DNA of 64,000 nt from a virus: positions 37,797 to 101,796 of IMG/VR virus record IMGVR_UViG_3300017963_000014; one strand, given 5' to 3'. How positions within the stretch are numbered: the stretch's first letter is position 1; the number at the start of each line of letters is the position of its first letter. Under the pieces are notes generated by a model that made no database searches, was not told the DNA's origin, and worked only from the letters and a program-made list of their open reading frames with translations. The position numbers and the translations under genes are program-made. Below are positions 43,842 to 51,537 of this stretch, one piece after another.

Positions 43842-45304
43842 TTCGACCCCCCGGTGCCCGCGCCCGCGGGGGGCTCGAGGTAGAGGACCGCCTTCGGCGC
43901 GAGCTTCAGGGAGAGGGGGTTCGCGTCGGGGTCGAGGACCCGCCCGGAGGCGTCCCGGATCTCGTACGCGGCGGAGAGCGGCTCGGAGGCCCCGAGCTCC
44001 CGGAGCGCGCACTCGCGGAAGCGCGCGAGCGGCTCGCCAAGGCCCCCGAGGACCTCGACGATCGAGCCCTTGAGTTCGTCTCGCCCGCTCGGGAAGTAGT
44101 TCCGCGGGAGGTCGGCGACGACGCGGAGTAAGATCGGGTCCGTCCGCGGAGGGTCGCCCTCGTCCGCGAGACCCTCTAGTGAGCCTAACTTCCGCTCCTC
44201 CCTCGAGGGTTCCGCGAGCCCGTCGACGGGTTCCCCCGGCTCGACCGCGTTCTCGAGGAGCGCCTTCGCCTCGGGGAGCGTCCAGGGGGTTCCGTCCTCC
44301 TTAACGAGGGGAACGCCGAGGATCTCGAGCTCGCCGTTAGCCGGCTCTAGGGTATCGCCCGCGAGTCGACGGGCGACGCGGAGGAAGCGGAGTACGTTCG
44401 CGGGGGTACACTTTAGCCGCCGCGAAGAGATAACGGGCTTAGGAAGTAACGGAGAGTCGCTCGAGATCGAGATTCCCCCGATCTCTCCGTTCCGAACGCG
44501 CTCGTAGGTCTCGGCGTCGACCTCGACCTCGAGGCGAAGGACGTCCTCGCGACCGGCCTCCGACGGTATCCTCCGGGACTCCGAAACTTTCAGAATCTTC
44601 AGTAAGTCCGGTGCATTCGGGTCGGATGGAACGAGCCGAACCTCGCTCGAGAGGGACGAGGTATCGAGAACTCGATCGTCGCTCGGCTCCGGCGGGACCG
44701 GGAGCTCCGAGCGGAGCTTCTCGAGCGCGGCGAGCCCGTCGGCGGCGCAGTCGAGGGCGACGACCCAGCGGCGGCCGTCCCAGCGGCGGTCGCGCTTCGG
44801 GTCTAGGTACCAGAACTCGTCGCCCGCGCGCCCGAGCTCCGGCGGTCGGTCCGGGTGAGTCGTGTTTATCAGGTAGTTCGCGACCTTCGAGACCCGCCGG
44901 CGGTCGACGTCCGGTAGCGCGGTGTAGAGGTCGGCGTAGGTTACGCCCCGGAGCCGCTCGCCCGCGTCGTTCCCGGTCTCGCGCGCCTCGCGCGCTACGC
45001 GGAGTAGGGCCTCGCGGATCTCGGCGAACTCCCAGACCCCGATTTGAGACCCCTCGGATTCGAGGTCGAGCTCGACCTCCCGCGGGAGCGGCTCGAGGAC
45101 GTCCTCGACGTCCCGTTCGACGTAGGGGGCGAGCTCGTCGACCCCCCGGTTCGCCCGGCGGGTTAGCTCGCCCGCGATCCAGGCGTCGGACTCGAGGTAG
45201 TCGCCGCGGACGGTTACGGCGCGGATCCGGCCCTCGGTCGCGCCGGGGGCGCGGACGGAGGCGGTTAGGGTCAGGGTCAGCTCGTAGCGGCGGTCGCTAC
45301 CCAT
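43838..45304 (-). CDS. Multidomain protein with C-terminal ubiquitin-like (DUF2604-like) domain
   Basis: Start MGSDRRYEL at 45304 (GAGGA RBS); C-terminus EPLARFRECALRELG...AYEIRDASGRVLD...LYLEPPAGAGTGGSK. Confidence 0.55.
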   Translation of the reverse strand: MGSDRRYELTLTLTASVRAPGATEGRIRAVTVRGDYLESDAWIAGELTRRANRGVDELAPYVERDVEDVLEPLPREVELDLESEGSQIGVWEFAEIREALLRVAREARETGNDAGERLRGVTYADLYTALPDVDRRRVSKVANYLINTTHPDRPPELGRAGDEFWYLDPKRDRRWDGRRWVVALDCAADGLAALEKLRSELPVPPEPSDDRVLDTSSLSSEVRLVPSDPNAPDLLKILKVSESRRIPSEAGREDVLRLEVEVDAETYERVRNGEIGGISISSDSPLLPKPVISSRRLKCTPANVLRFLRVARRLAGDTLEPANGELEILGVPLVKEDGTPWTLPEAKALLENAVEPGEPVDGLAEPSREERKLGSLEGLADEGDPPRTDPILLRVVADLPRNYFPSGRDELKGSIVEVLGGLGEPLARFRECALRELGASEPLSAAYEIRDASGRVLDPDANPLSLKLAPKAVLYLEPPAGAGTGGSK

Positions 45305-45740
45305 CCCGTTCCTCCTCGAGCGGCTCCGCGCGTATCCCCCAGGTGAACGTCCTCCCCCGTCCCCTCGTAGGGTACGGGAGCGATCTCGCCCGTCTCCACC
45401 CCTCGGAGCGGTCCCCGCCCTCCGGCGACTCGAGCCGGAAGACGTCGCCCGGGCGGAGGTCCTCGAAGTCGACCTCGCGCTCCCCCGGGGCGCCTGTCTC
45501 CTTCGAGACGCCCTCGGTCCGAACGAAAACCCGGACCGCCGGGAGGTCCTCGGGGAGGGGGTCCCAGCGGTGCCCGGGGTCCTCGACGAAGACCGCGGAG
45601 GTAGGCAGGGAGACGACCCAGCCCCCGGGGACGCGGAGGCGGGCGAAGTCGTCGAAGCGCTCGAGCGCGGCGGGTAGGATAAAGCTACCCTCGTCGGACT
45701 CCTTCTCCGATATCGGAATCTCGTTATCAATCTCTCTCAT
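45297..45740 (-). CDS. Hypothetical protein (SH3-like C-terminus)
   Basis: AAGGAG RBS; ARLRVPGGWVV and FEDLRPGDVFRL. Confidence 0.6.
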   Translation of the reverse strand: MREIDNEIPISEKESDEGSFILPAALERFDDFARLRVPGGWVVSLPTSAVFVEDPGHRWDPLPEDLPAVRVFVRTEGVSKETGAPGEREVDFEDLRPGDVFRLESPEGGDRSEGWRRARSLPYPTRGRGRTFTWGIRAEPLEEERDG

Positions 45741-45936
45741 CCCGTCTCCTTCGTCTTCGCGCCCGGCGCCCGGCGGGGCAGCGGAGGCAGCGGTCGTAGA
45801 GCTCGACCGGCGTCAGGCCCGGGGGCGCGCCGGCGGGGCACGCCTCGGTACTCCGGAAGTCCGCGCCGGCGCCGCCCGAGACCGCGACGCGGCGCCCGCA
45901 GTGTACCCACATCCGGTCGGTCGCGGCTCGGGTCAT
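45727..45936 (-). CDS. Small Cys-rich hypothetical protein
   Basis: 69 aa, overlaps the next gene. Confidence 0.45.
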   Translation of the reverse strand: MTRAATDRMWVHCGRRVAVSGGAGADFRSTEACPAGAPPGLTPVELYDRCLRCPAGRRARRRRRRDERD

Positions 45937-45946
45937 CTACCCCGTT

Positions 45947-46612
45947 CTATCCGTCTATGAGCTTCCGAAGCGACCTCCTCGCCCGCTCCCGGGTGAACCG
46001 CTCGACCTCCCGCTCCGCGGCCCGGCGGAGGTCCCGAACGGCCCAGGGGCAGGCGAAGCCGTAGGCGCGGCCGCGGAGGAGCCGCCCGAAGGTCTCCGCG
46101 CGCAGGCGGACGTACGCCGGGGTCAGCGAACCGTCGGCGAGCCCCGCGCGCCAGGCGGTAACCTCGGCGTCCCTCTCCAAATAGTAGCGCCCGAGCGCGA
46201 GCCCGAGCGGGAGCGGGAGCCCGAGGACGTAGACGACCGCGTAGGGGAGGACCCCGACGACGGCGCGGACCCGCCGCCCGAGGAGCCCGAGGGGGAGCCA
46301 GCCGAGGACGGGGACGAGGTAGCCGAAGGCGACGAACTGCGTAACGTGCCGGAGCTCGTGCCGGAGCCAGCGAAACCCGATCGAGGCGGCCCTAGGGGGG
46401 AAGCCGACCCAGATCGCGACGCCCGAGGCGAAGTCCTCGAGGAAGCGCCGGAGCGGGACCAGGGCGGCGAGGACGCCGAGCGAGAGGACGGCGCCGACCC
46501 ACCAGAGGGCGCGCCAACCGGGGGCGTCCTTCGACCCGAGGACCGCCGCGGGCTCGACCGACTCGGCGAGCGCCTCGTACTTGAGCTTATCGTCTAGCCA
46601 GGACCTAGTCAT
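45947..46612 (-). CDS. Membrane protein with HExxH metallopeptidase motif
   Basis: WLRHELRHVTQF plus downstream ERDAE and several hydrophobic helices. Confidence 0.6.
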   Translation of the reverse strand: MTRSWLDDKLKYEALAESVEPAAVLGSKDAPGWRALWWVGAVLSLGVLAALVPLRRFLEDFASGVAIWVGFPPRAASIGFRWLRHELRHVTQFVAFGYLVPVLGWLPLGLLGRRVRAVVGVLPYAVVYVLGLPLPLGLALGRYYLERDAEVTAWRAGLADGSLTPAYVRLRAETFGRLLRGRAYGFACPWAVRDLRRAAEREVERFTRERARRSLRKLIDG

Positions 46613-46893
46613 ACTTGCCTCCGAGGGTTCCGCGAGAACCGGCGGTAACGGCGGGGGAACGCGAGGATCTCCGCGATCCGGACCCGCTCCTCGACGTCTG
46701 CGGTACCTAACTTCTCGTCGACGGTGATCTCGGCGAAGCGAGACTCCGCCCCGCGCTGAAACTCGACCGCGAGGAGGTACGTCCGCTTGTAGAGGTCGTA
46801 CTCGAGCCCGTAGAGTATCGCGCGGGAGAACCCGCAGCGGTCGAGGATCGCCTCGACCTTCGTCCTCCGCGGGTCCACGAAGGTATCTGTCAT
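46609..46893 (-). CDS. Hypothetical protein
   Basis: 94 aa, ATGA-coupled, GGAGG RBS. Confidence 0.6.
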   Translation of the reverse strand: MTDTFVDPRRTKVEAILDRCGFSRAILYGLEYDLYKRTYLLAVEFQRGAESRFAEITVDEKLGTADVEERVRIAEILAFPRRYRRFSRNPRRQV

Positions 46894-47942
46894 CCGAGAC
46901 CTCCCCTTCTGCTCTCGCGGTACGCCCGCCGCTCCGCGTCCTGGGCCGCCCTCCGCCGCGCCTGCCGGCGGAGGAGCTCGAGCGAGAGCGCGGCGGCGGA
47001 GGCGGCGTCCGGGCAGAGGACGGAGCCGTCGGGGCGGACCTCGAACGGGCGCCCGACCCCCTCGAGCCGCACGGAGTTCATCATAGGGAGGAAGACCTCC
47101 TCCTCGAGGACCGCGGGACGTCGGAACCCTCCGGCGCGCGCGGAAGCCTCCTCTACTCCCCTCGCGAGCCGCTCGCGCGACTCCGCGTCGATCTCCCCGC
47201 TCTCGAGCCGTACCGATACCGGGAGTCCGAGTCGCTCCCGGACGCGCGGGACGTCCCCGACGTGCTCCGACTCGGAGCCCCCGGGAACCGTCCCCTCCTC
47301 CTTCTCGAGGAACTTCTCGCGGTTTACCGTCGGCGCGTCTCCCCCCGCCGACTCCGCCCGCTTCCGCCGGAGGTAGCGGGCGACGCCGTTCTCGCTCGGG
47401 AGCTCGCTCGGGAGTAGGACCCGCGCGAGCGCCTTGTACGTTCGGGCGGGCCCCCAGCCCTCCGAGAGCGCGTTCTCGAGTACCCTCACGGCGTCGCCGG
47501 TAAACTCGTCTAGCTTCGCGTACCTCGTTCGCTTCTGACCCTTCCTCGGACTCATCTCGAGCTTCTCCTCGCCCCCCTTCGGGGCGTGCGGGTTTTGCGG
47601 GTTTTGATATCGTAAATAACCGTAATCCTTAAATCCTTTTAACCTCCGGCGGAGGACCCCGACCGCGCGGTCGACCCCCTCGGAGGCCTCGCGGTACGAG
47701 CGTAGCGCGCCGGGGACGTCGAGGTCCGTCGCGCCCGGGGGGACGGGGCAGGAGGAGCAGTCGACGCCGGGCCAGTCCCGGCGGTAGGCGGCCTCGCGGC
47801 AGGCCTCGCGGCGGACGCAGACCTCGCGGGCGAAGTCGTAGCACTTCCCCCGGAGCGGCTCGGGGAAGACGCCGCGGACCGGGGGGAGTAGCGGCGGGAA
47901 GGTTCGTCCGTTTCGCTTCCTTCCCCGCTCGCCGCCTCTCAT
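46890..47942 (-). CDS. Hypothetical protein (Cys-rich N-terminus, possible HTH)
   Basis: 350 aa, coupled to neighbours. Confidence 0.5.
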   Translation of the reverse strand: MRGGERGRKRNGRTFPPLLPPVRGVFPEPLRGKCYDFAREVCVRREACREAAYRRDWPGVDCSSCPVPPGATDLDVPGALRSYREASEGVDRAVGVLRRRLKGFKDYGYLRYQNPQNPHAPKGGEEKLEMSPRKGQKRTRYAKLDEFTGDAVRVLENALSEGWGPARTYKALARVLLPSELPSENGVARYLRRKRAESAGGDAPTVNREKFLEKEEGTVPGGSESEHVGDVPRVRERLGLPVSVRLESGEIDAESRERLARGVEEASARAGGFRRPAVLEEEVFLPMMNSVRLEGVGRPFEVRPDGSVLCPDAASAAALSLELLRRQARRRAAQDAERRAYRESRRGGLG

Positions 47943-48205
47943 TAGGCACCCCGGAGCCGCTTCTCTCGCGGCGGGCGCGCGAGCCGGACGTCGCCGCCCG
48001 GGAGGACCGCCGCGCCGACCTCGCGGGCCGGGCCCGGGTAGGCGGAGACGAAGACCGTCCGCTCGACCGCCTCGAGCGGCTCGAGCGGCGAGAGTATCTC
48101 CCGGAAGGCCTTCTCCGCCTCCTCCCGCGAGCGGGCGGCGAGCGCGACCCGGAGCGTAAGGCTCGCTAGGTAGGGCGAGGTCCCGGGCGGGCGCTCCAGC
48201 GGCAT
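47942..48205 (-). CDS. Hypothetical protein
   Basis: 87 aa, TGATG coupling. Confidence 0.5.
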   Translation of the reverse strand: MPLERPPGTSPYLASLTLRVALAARSREEAEKAFREILSPLEPLEAVERTVFVSAYPGPAREVGAAVLPGGDVRLARPPREKRLRGA

Positions 48206-48450
48206 CAGAGGATCCCCAGACGCCGCTTCTCGACGAGGACGAAGTACCGGGTCTCGACCGCCCCGAGAATATACTCGTAGACCACCTGCGGCGAGAGCGG
48301 GAGCGTCGAGGCTAGGACGCGCGCGACCCCCGCGAGCGGCTCGAGGAGCTCCGGCGGGAGGCCCCGCGCCCGAAGCCGCTCGCGCTCCTCGAGGACCCAG
48401 GCGTCGGGACCGAGGCGAAGCTTCAGGTACTTGATAAGTAATTTAAGCAT
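48205..48450 (-). CDS. Hypothetical protein
   Basis: 81 aa, purine-rich RBS. Confidence 0.55.
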   Translation of the reverse strand: MLKLLIKYLKLRLGPDAWVLEERERLRARGLPPELLEPLAGVARVLASTLPLSPQVVYEYILGAVETRYFVLVEKRRLGIL

Positions 48451-48463
48451 TCTAGCCCCTTCC

Positions 48464-49375
48464 TTAACTCCACTCCCGCAGCCGAGCCCGGAGCGTCCGG
48501 AGCCCGGCCGCCGCGAAGAGCGCCCGCGCGCGGTCGAGGTCGAGGCGCCCGCGGACGAACCGGAGCGGGACGTCGTGCAGCTCGACGAGCCAGCGCATCA
48601 ACTCGAGGCGCTTCAGGCCCTCGGGCGTCCAGACCTTTCGAAACGCGGTCTCTACCCTCTTCTCTAGCTTCCCGTCGACGAGGTCCCCGATCGGCGGAAA
48701 GTTACCGATCAGGAGCGTTTCAACCAAGTGCGGGTACCACTCGAGGAGTGCGGTCGCGGTCTTCGGCCCGACCCCCGGGAGCCCGGGGACGTCGTCGCCG
48801 GGGTCGCCCGAGAGCGCCTTCCAGTCCGTGAGCGCCGCGCCGACCCGTCGACCCTCCTTGCCGGCGCGCGCCGGCGTGTAGAGCGTCTCCCGGCTCCCGA
48901 CCTTCAGGTAGACCGAGACCCGCTCCGAGACGAGCTGGAGGAGGTCCGCGTCGCGCGTGAGGACGAGGACCCGCTCCCCCCGCGCCTCCGCCCCGCGGGC
49001 GAGCGTCGCGAGGACGTCGTCAGCCTCCCAGCCCGGGGCGTACGCCTGCGCGACCCCGAGCGTCGGGAGCAGGCGCCGGAGCTCGGCGAGCTCCCCGACG
49101 TACTCCGGGTCGTACCGGAGTAGGGAGAAGTCCCCGGGGTTCGGGTTCGGCTCCGTCTCCCTCCGCCGCCGGCTCTTCTTGTAGTCGGGGAAGCGCCTCC
49201 GCCGCTCCTCCGCGTTGTCGTCCGGGTCCCAGGCGACGACCTGCCGGACCCCCCGCTCCTCCCCGTTTAGCTTGAAGACCCGGAGCAGGAACCGGTGCGC
49301 GAGCGCCCGCTTCCCCCGCACGAACGCCGCCTTCGCGAAGCCGGAGCCGTCGATCAGGGCGAGGTCGTAGGTCAT
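48464..49375 (-). CDS. 5'-3' exonuclease / flap endonuclease (PolA N-terminal type)
   Basis: LIDG, PDYKKSR, EADDVLATLA, TRDADLLQLV and LSGDPGDDVPGLPGVGPKTA motifs. Confidence 0.92.
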   Translation of the reverse strand: MTYDLALIDGSGFAKAAFVRGKRALAHRFLLRVFKLNGEERGVRQVVAWDPDDNAEERRRRFPDYKKSRRRRETEPNPNPGDFSLLRYDPEYVGELAELRRLLPTLGVAQAYAPGWEADDVLATLARGAEARGERVLVLTRDADLLQLVSERVSVYLKVGSRETLYTPARAGKEGRRVGAALTDWKALSGDPGDDVPGLPGVGPKTATALLEWYPHLVETLLIGNFPPIGDLVDGKLEKRVETAFRKVWTPEGLKRLELMRWLVELHDVPLRFVRGRLDLDRARALFAAAGLRTLRARLREWS

Positions 49376-49376
49376 C

Positions 49377-49721
49377 CTAGTTCCCTAGCACCGTCGAGAG
49401 GAGTCGGTAGAGGAGGTGCCCACCAGCGAGCCCGCAGAGGACGAGGAGGACCGTCCCCGCGGAGGCGCCCCAGGAGCCCCGCTCGACGGCGGGGCGTCCG
49501 CGCGACGGCATCCTCGTGGGCGGAACCTCTCGTGGGGGTTTCCAGACGCACTCGATCTTCAGCGCGGCCTCCTCCGGGTCCTCGAGGACCCGGATCGGGG
49601 TGCCGTCGACGTAGACGTTCGAGCCGTCCCCGCGACCGCCGTGGGGGGAGACGCGGGAGACCCGCTCGGGGTCGACGAAGAGCGGCGCGTTCGCCGCGTC
49701 GGAGAGCTTCGCGAACCTCAT
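49377..49721 (-). CDS. FlbD-like domain protein with C-terminal TM helix
   Basis: FAKLSDAANAPLFVDPERVSRV...IRVLEDPEE; hydrophobic tail. Confidence 0.5.
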   Translation of the reverse strand: MRFAKLSDAANAPLFVDPERVSRVSPHGGRGDGSNVYVDGTPIRVLEDPEEAALKIECVWKPPREVPPTRMPSRGRPAVERGSWGASAGTVLLVLCGLAGGHLLYRLLSTVLGN

Positions 49722-49927
49722 CCGCAGCCCCCGAGGAGTCGGTAGAGGTAGATCGAGAGTACGCTCGAGATCAGCCCGACCACGAACCCGACGAGGAGCG
49801 TCCGGGCGAGGCCCGAACGCGGACCGGTCCAGCGGGGTCCGGTCCGGACCGGGACCTCCGCCCGGCCCCCGAGGAAGTCCGTCCGCTCCCGCTGCTCGAT
49901 CGCGCCGCGTGGGAGTTCGCCGTTCAT
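49718..49927 (-). CDS. Small membrane protein
   Basis: TLLVGFVVGLISSVLSIYLYRLL. Confidence 0.55.
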   Translation of the reverse strand: MNGELPRGAIEQRERTDFLGGRAEVPVRTGPRWTGPRSGLARTLLVGFVVGLISSVLSIYLYRLLGGCG

Positions 49928-50082
49928 TTCATATCCTCCAAGTTCGGTGGAAGATTCGGACCCCTCGAAATCTTCCGTAGGTGCCGACGGTGATCTTCCG
50001 TCTGACAGTAAGCTCGAACCTTCTTAACTTCTCGGTACCGTTTTCTGCGTTTACGTCTCGATTTTCTCCGACGTGGAGTCAC
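49924..50082 (-). CDS. Small highly basic protein (52 aa)
   Basis: GTGA-coupled; TPRRRKSRRKRRKRYREVKKVR. Confidence 0.45.
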   Translation of the reverse strand: MTPRRRKSRRKRRKRYREVKKVRAYCQTEDHRRHLRKISRGPNLPPNLEDMK

Positions 50083-50873
50083 TTTAAGTACTCCCGGACG
50101 TCGAGCCGCTCGACCTTCACCCCGTTCCGGAGCAGGAGCTGCCGCGCCTCGCGCGAGAGCCCGTAGCGGGACTCGTACGCCCCGCCGAAGACGACGCGGG
50201 CGACGCGGACGCGGAGGAGGCGCTTCGCGCAGTCGTAGCAGGGTCCGGCGGTCGTGAAGACCGTCGCCCCCGCGGGCGAGACGCCGTCGAGCGCGCACTG
50301 GAGGAGCGCGTTCTCCTCCGCGTGCAAGGTTCGGACGCAGTGCGAGTCGACGAGGACGTGCCCGCCCGAGAGCCGGCCGCCGCAGTCCGGGCACTCCCCG
50401 GCCTCGAGCTTCGCGCGGGCGAAGCCGTGCGCGTCGCTCGCCTCCGGGATCCCCGCGGACCAGTCCGCCTCGCAGTCGTCGCAGACGAGGTCCGAGCAGT
50501 GCGGCTCGCCCGGCGGCGAGCCGTTGTACCCGCCCGCGATCAGGCGGTTCTCGCGGACGAGCACCGCGCCGACCCCCCGTCGCCCGGGGTCGAGGAGCAG
50601 CTCCGGCCCGCGGTCGCAGGTCGAGCGGGTCGCCGCGAGGTGCGCGTGTAGCATCCAGAACGCGGGCCAGGGGAGGCGGGGGACGCGGAGAGGTAGGGGG
50701 GACTCCTTAGACTCCGAGGCTGCGCGCTCGCCCGACGTATCGATAAGGAGCACGGGTTTACCAAAATCCTCGCCCGCGCGGAGCGAGACGCCGTCCAGCC
50801 TTACGGTTCCGTCGGGGTTCCGAACCCCGGCGAGTTCGAGGCGAACGGGAAGTCTCTCGTTACCGGACGTCAT
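50079..50873 (-). CDS. dCMP deaminase
   Basis: RSTC, VGAVLV, GYNGSPPG, HAEENA and PCYDC zinc-binding motifs. Confidence 0.9.
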   Translation of the reverse strand: MTSGNERLPVRLELAGVRNPDGTVRLDGVSLRAGEDFGKPVLLIDTSGERAASESKESPLPLRVPRLPWPAFWMLHAHLAATRSTCDRGPELLLDPGRRGVGAVLVRENRLIAGGYNGSPPGEPHCSDLVCDDCEADWSAGIPEASDAHGFARAKLEAGECPDCGGRLSGGHVLVDSHCVRTLHAEENALLQCALDGVSPAGATVFTTAGPCYDCAKRLLRVRVARVVFGGAYESRYGLSREARQLLLRNGVKVERLDVREYLK

Positions 50874-50903
50874 CGCGGAGCCCTCCCCGAGAGTTTGGAA
50901 AGC

Positions 50904-50968
50904 GGGCGGGGCGGGTCGCGCTGGGCACCGCTGAGGGGGGGATCAGAGGTACGCGACCCGCCCCGCCC
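50904..50968 (-). promoter_or_regulatory. Long GC-rich hairpin upstream of dCMP deaminase
   Basis: 17-bp perfect inverted repeat at 50904-50920 and 50952-50968. Confidence 0.6.
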
Positions 50969-50980
50969 TGGTACGTTACT

Positions 50981-51346
50981 CTATCCGGGATGAGTCTCCG
51001 CGAGCAGCTCGTCGAGCCGGCGGAGGAGCGTCTCGACCCGCGTCTCCGCCGGGACGGCCCCAGAGTCGATAAGCGCCCGTAGCGAGCCCCGGAGGTCGAG
51101 CGCCTCGCGCCGCTCCAGGTTCTCCGCGATCGCCCTCCCGACCTCCGCGTGCGCGGCCTCCCCGATCGTACCCCGCCGGAAGAGGATCAGTGACCGACGC
51201 TGTATCTCCGCGAGCGTGACCCGCGCCGCCGCGACCGTCTCGTACTCCTCGCCCGAGAGGCGGAGTCCTCCCTCCCCGACGAGCTTCTCCGCGTTCGAGA
51301 GGATCGAGCGGGCGGCGACGAGGACGTTCTCCTTCGGGTTCTGCAT
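50981..51346 (-). CDS. Hypothetical protein
   Basis: 121 aa, AAGGAG RBS. Confidence 0.6.
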   Translation of the reverse strand: MQNPKENVLVAARSILSNAEKLVGEGGLRLSGEEYETVAAARVTLAEIQRRSLILFRRGTIGEAAHAEVGRAIAENLERREALDLRGSLRALIDSGAVPAETRVETLLRRLDELLAETHPG

Positions 51347-51353
51347 CTTCCGG

Positions 51354-51510
51354 ACTCCTTCTAGGAGCGGGGACGAGCAAGGTACGTTGGACGCCTTGAG
51401 TCCCCCTCGCTCGTCCCCCGTAACTGAAGGGATACCCCCGAGAATAGTCAGATCTCTCGATCTCCGACGACCGCGCGGGGTCCCTTTCGGGGACGCGACC
51501 CTCTCGCTTA
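51354..51510 (-). ncRNA. Candidate structured leader RNA
   Basis: GAAA-capped stem (51480-51494), a 14-bp stem with a G-U pair on the minus strand, and an RBS-sequestering hairpin. Confidence 0.35.
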
Positions 51511-51537
51511 AAACTATTCTCGCCCCTATTACCCTCT

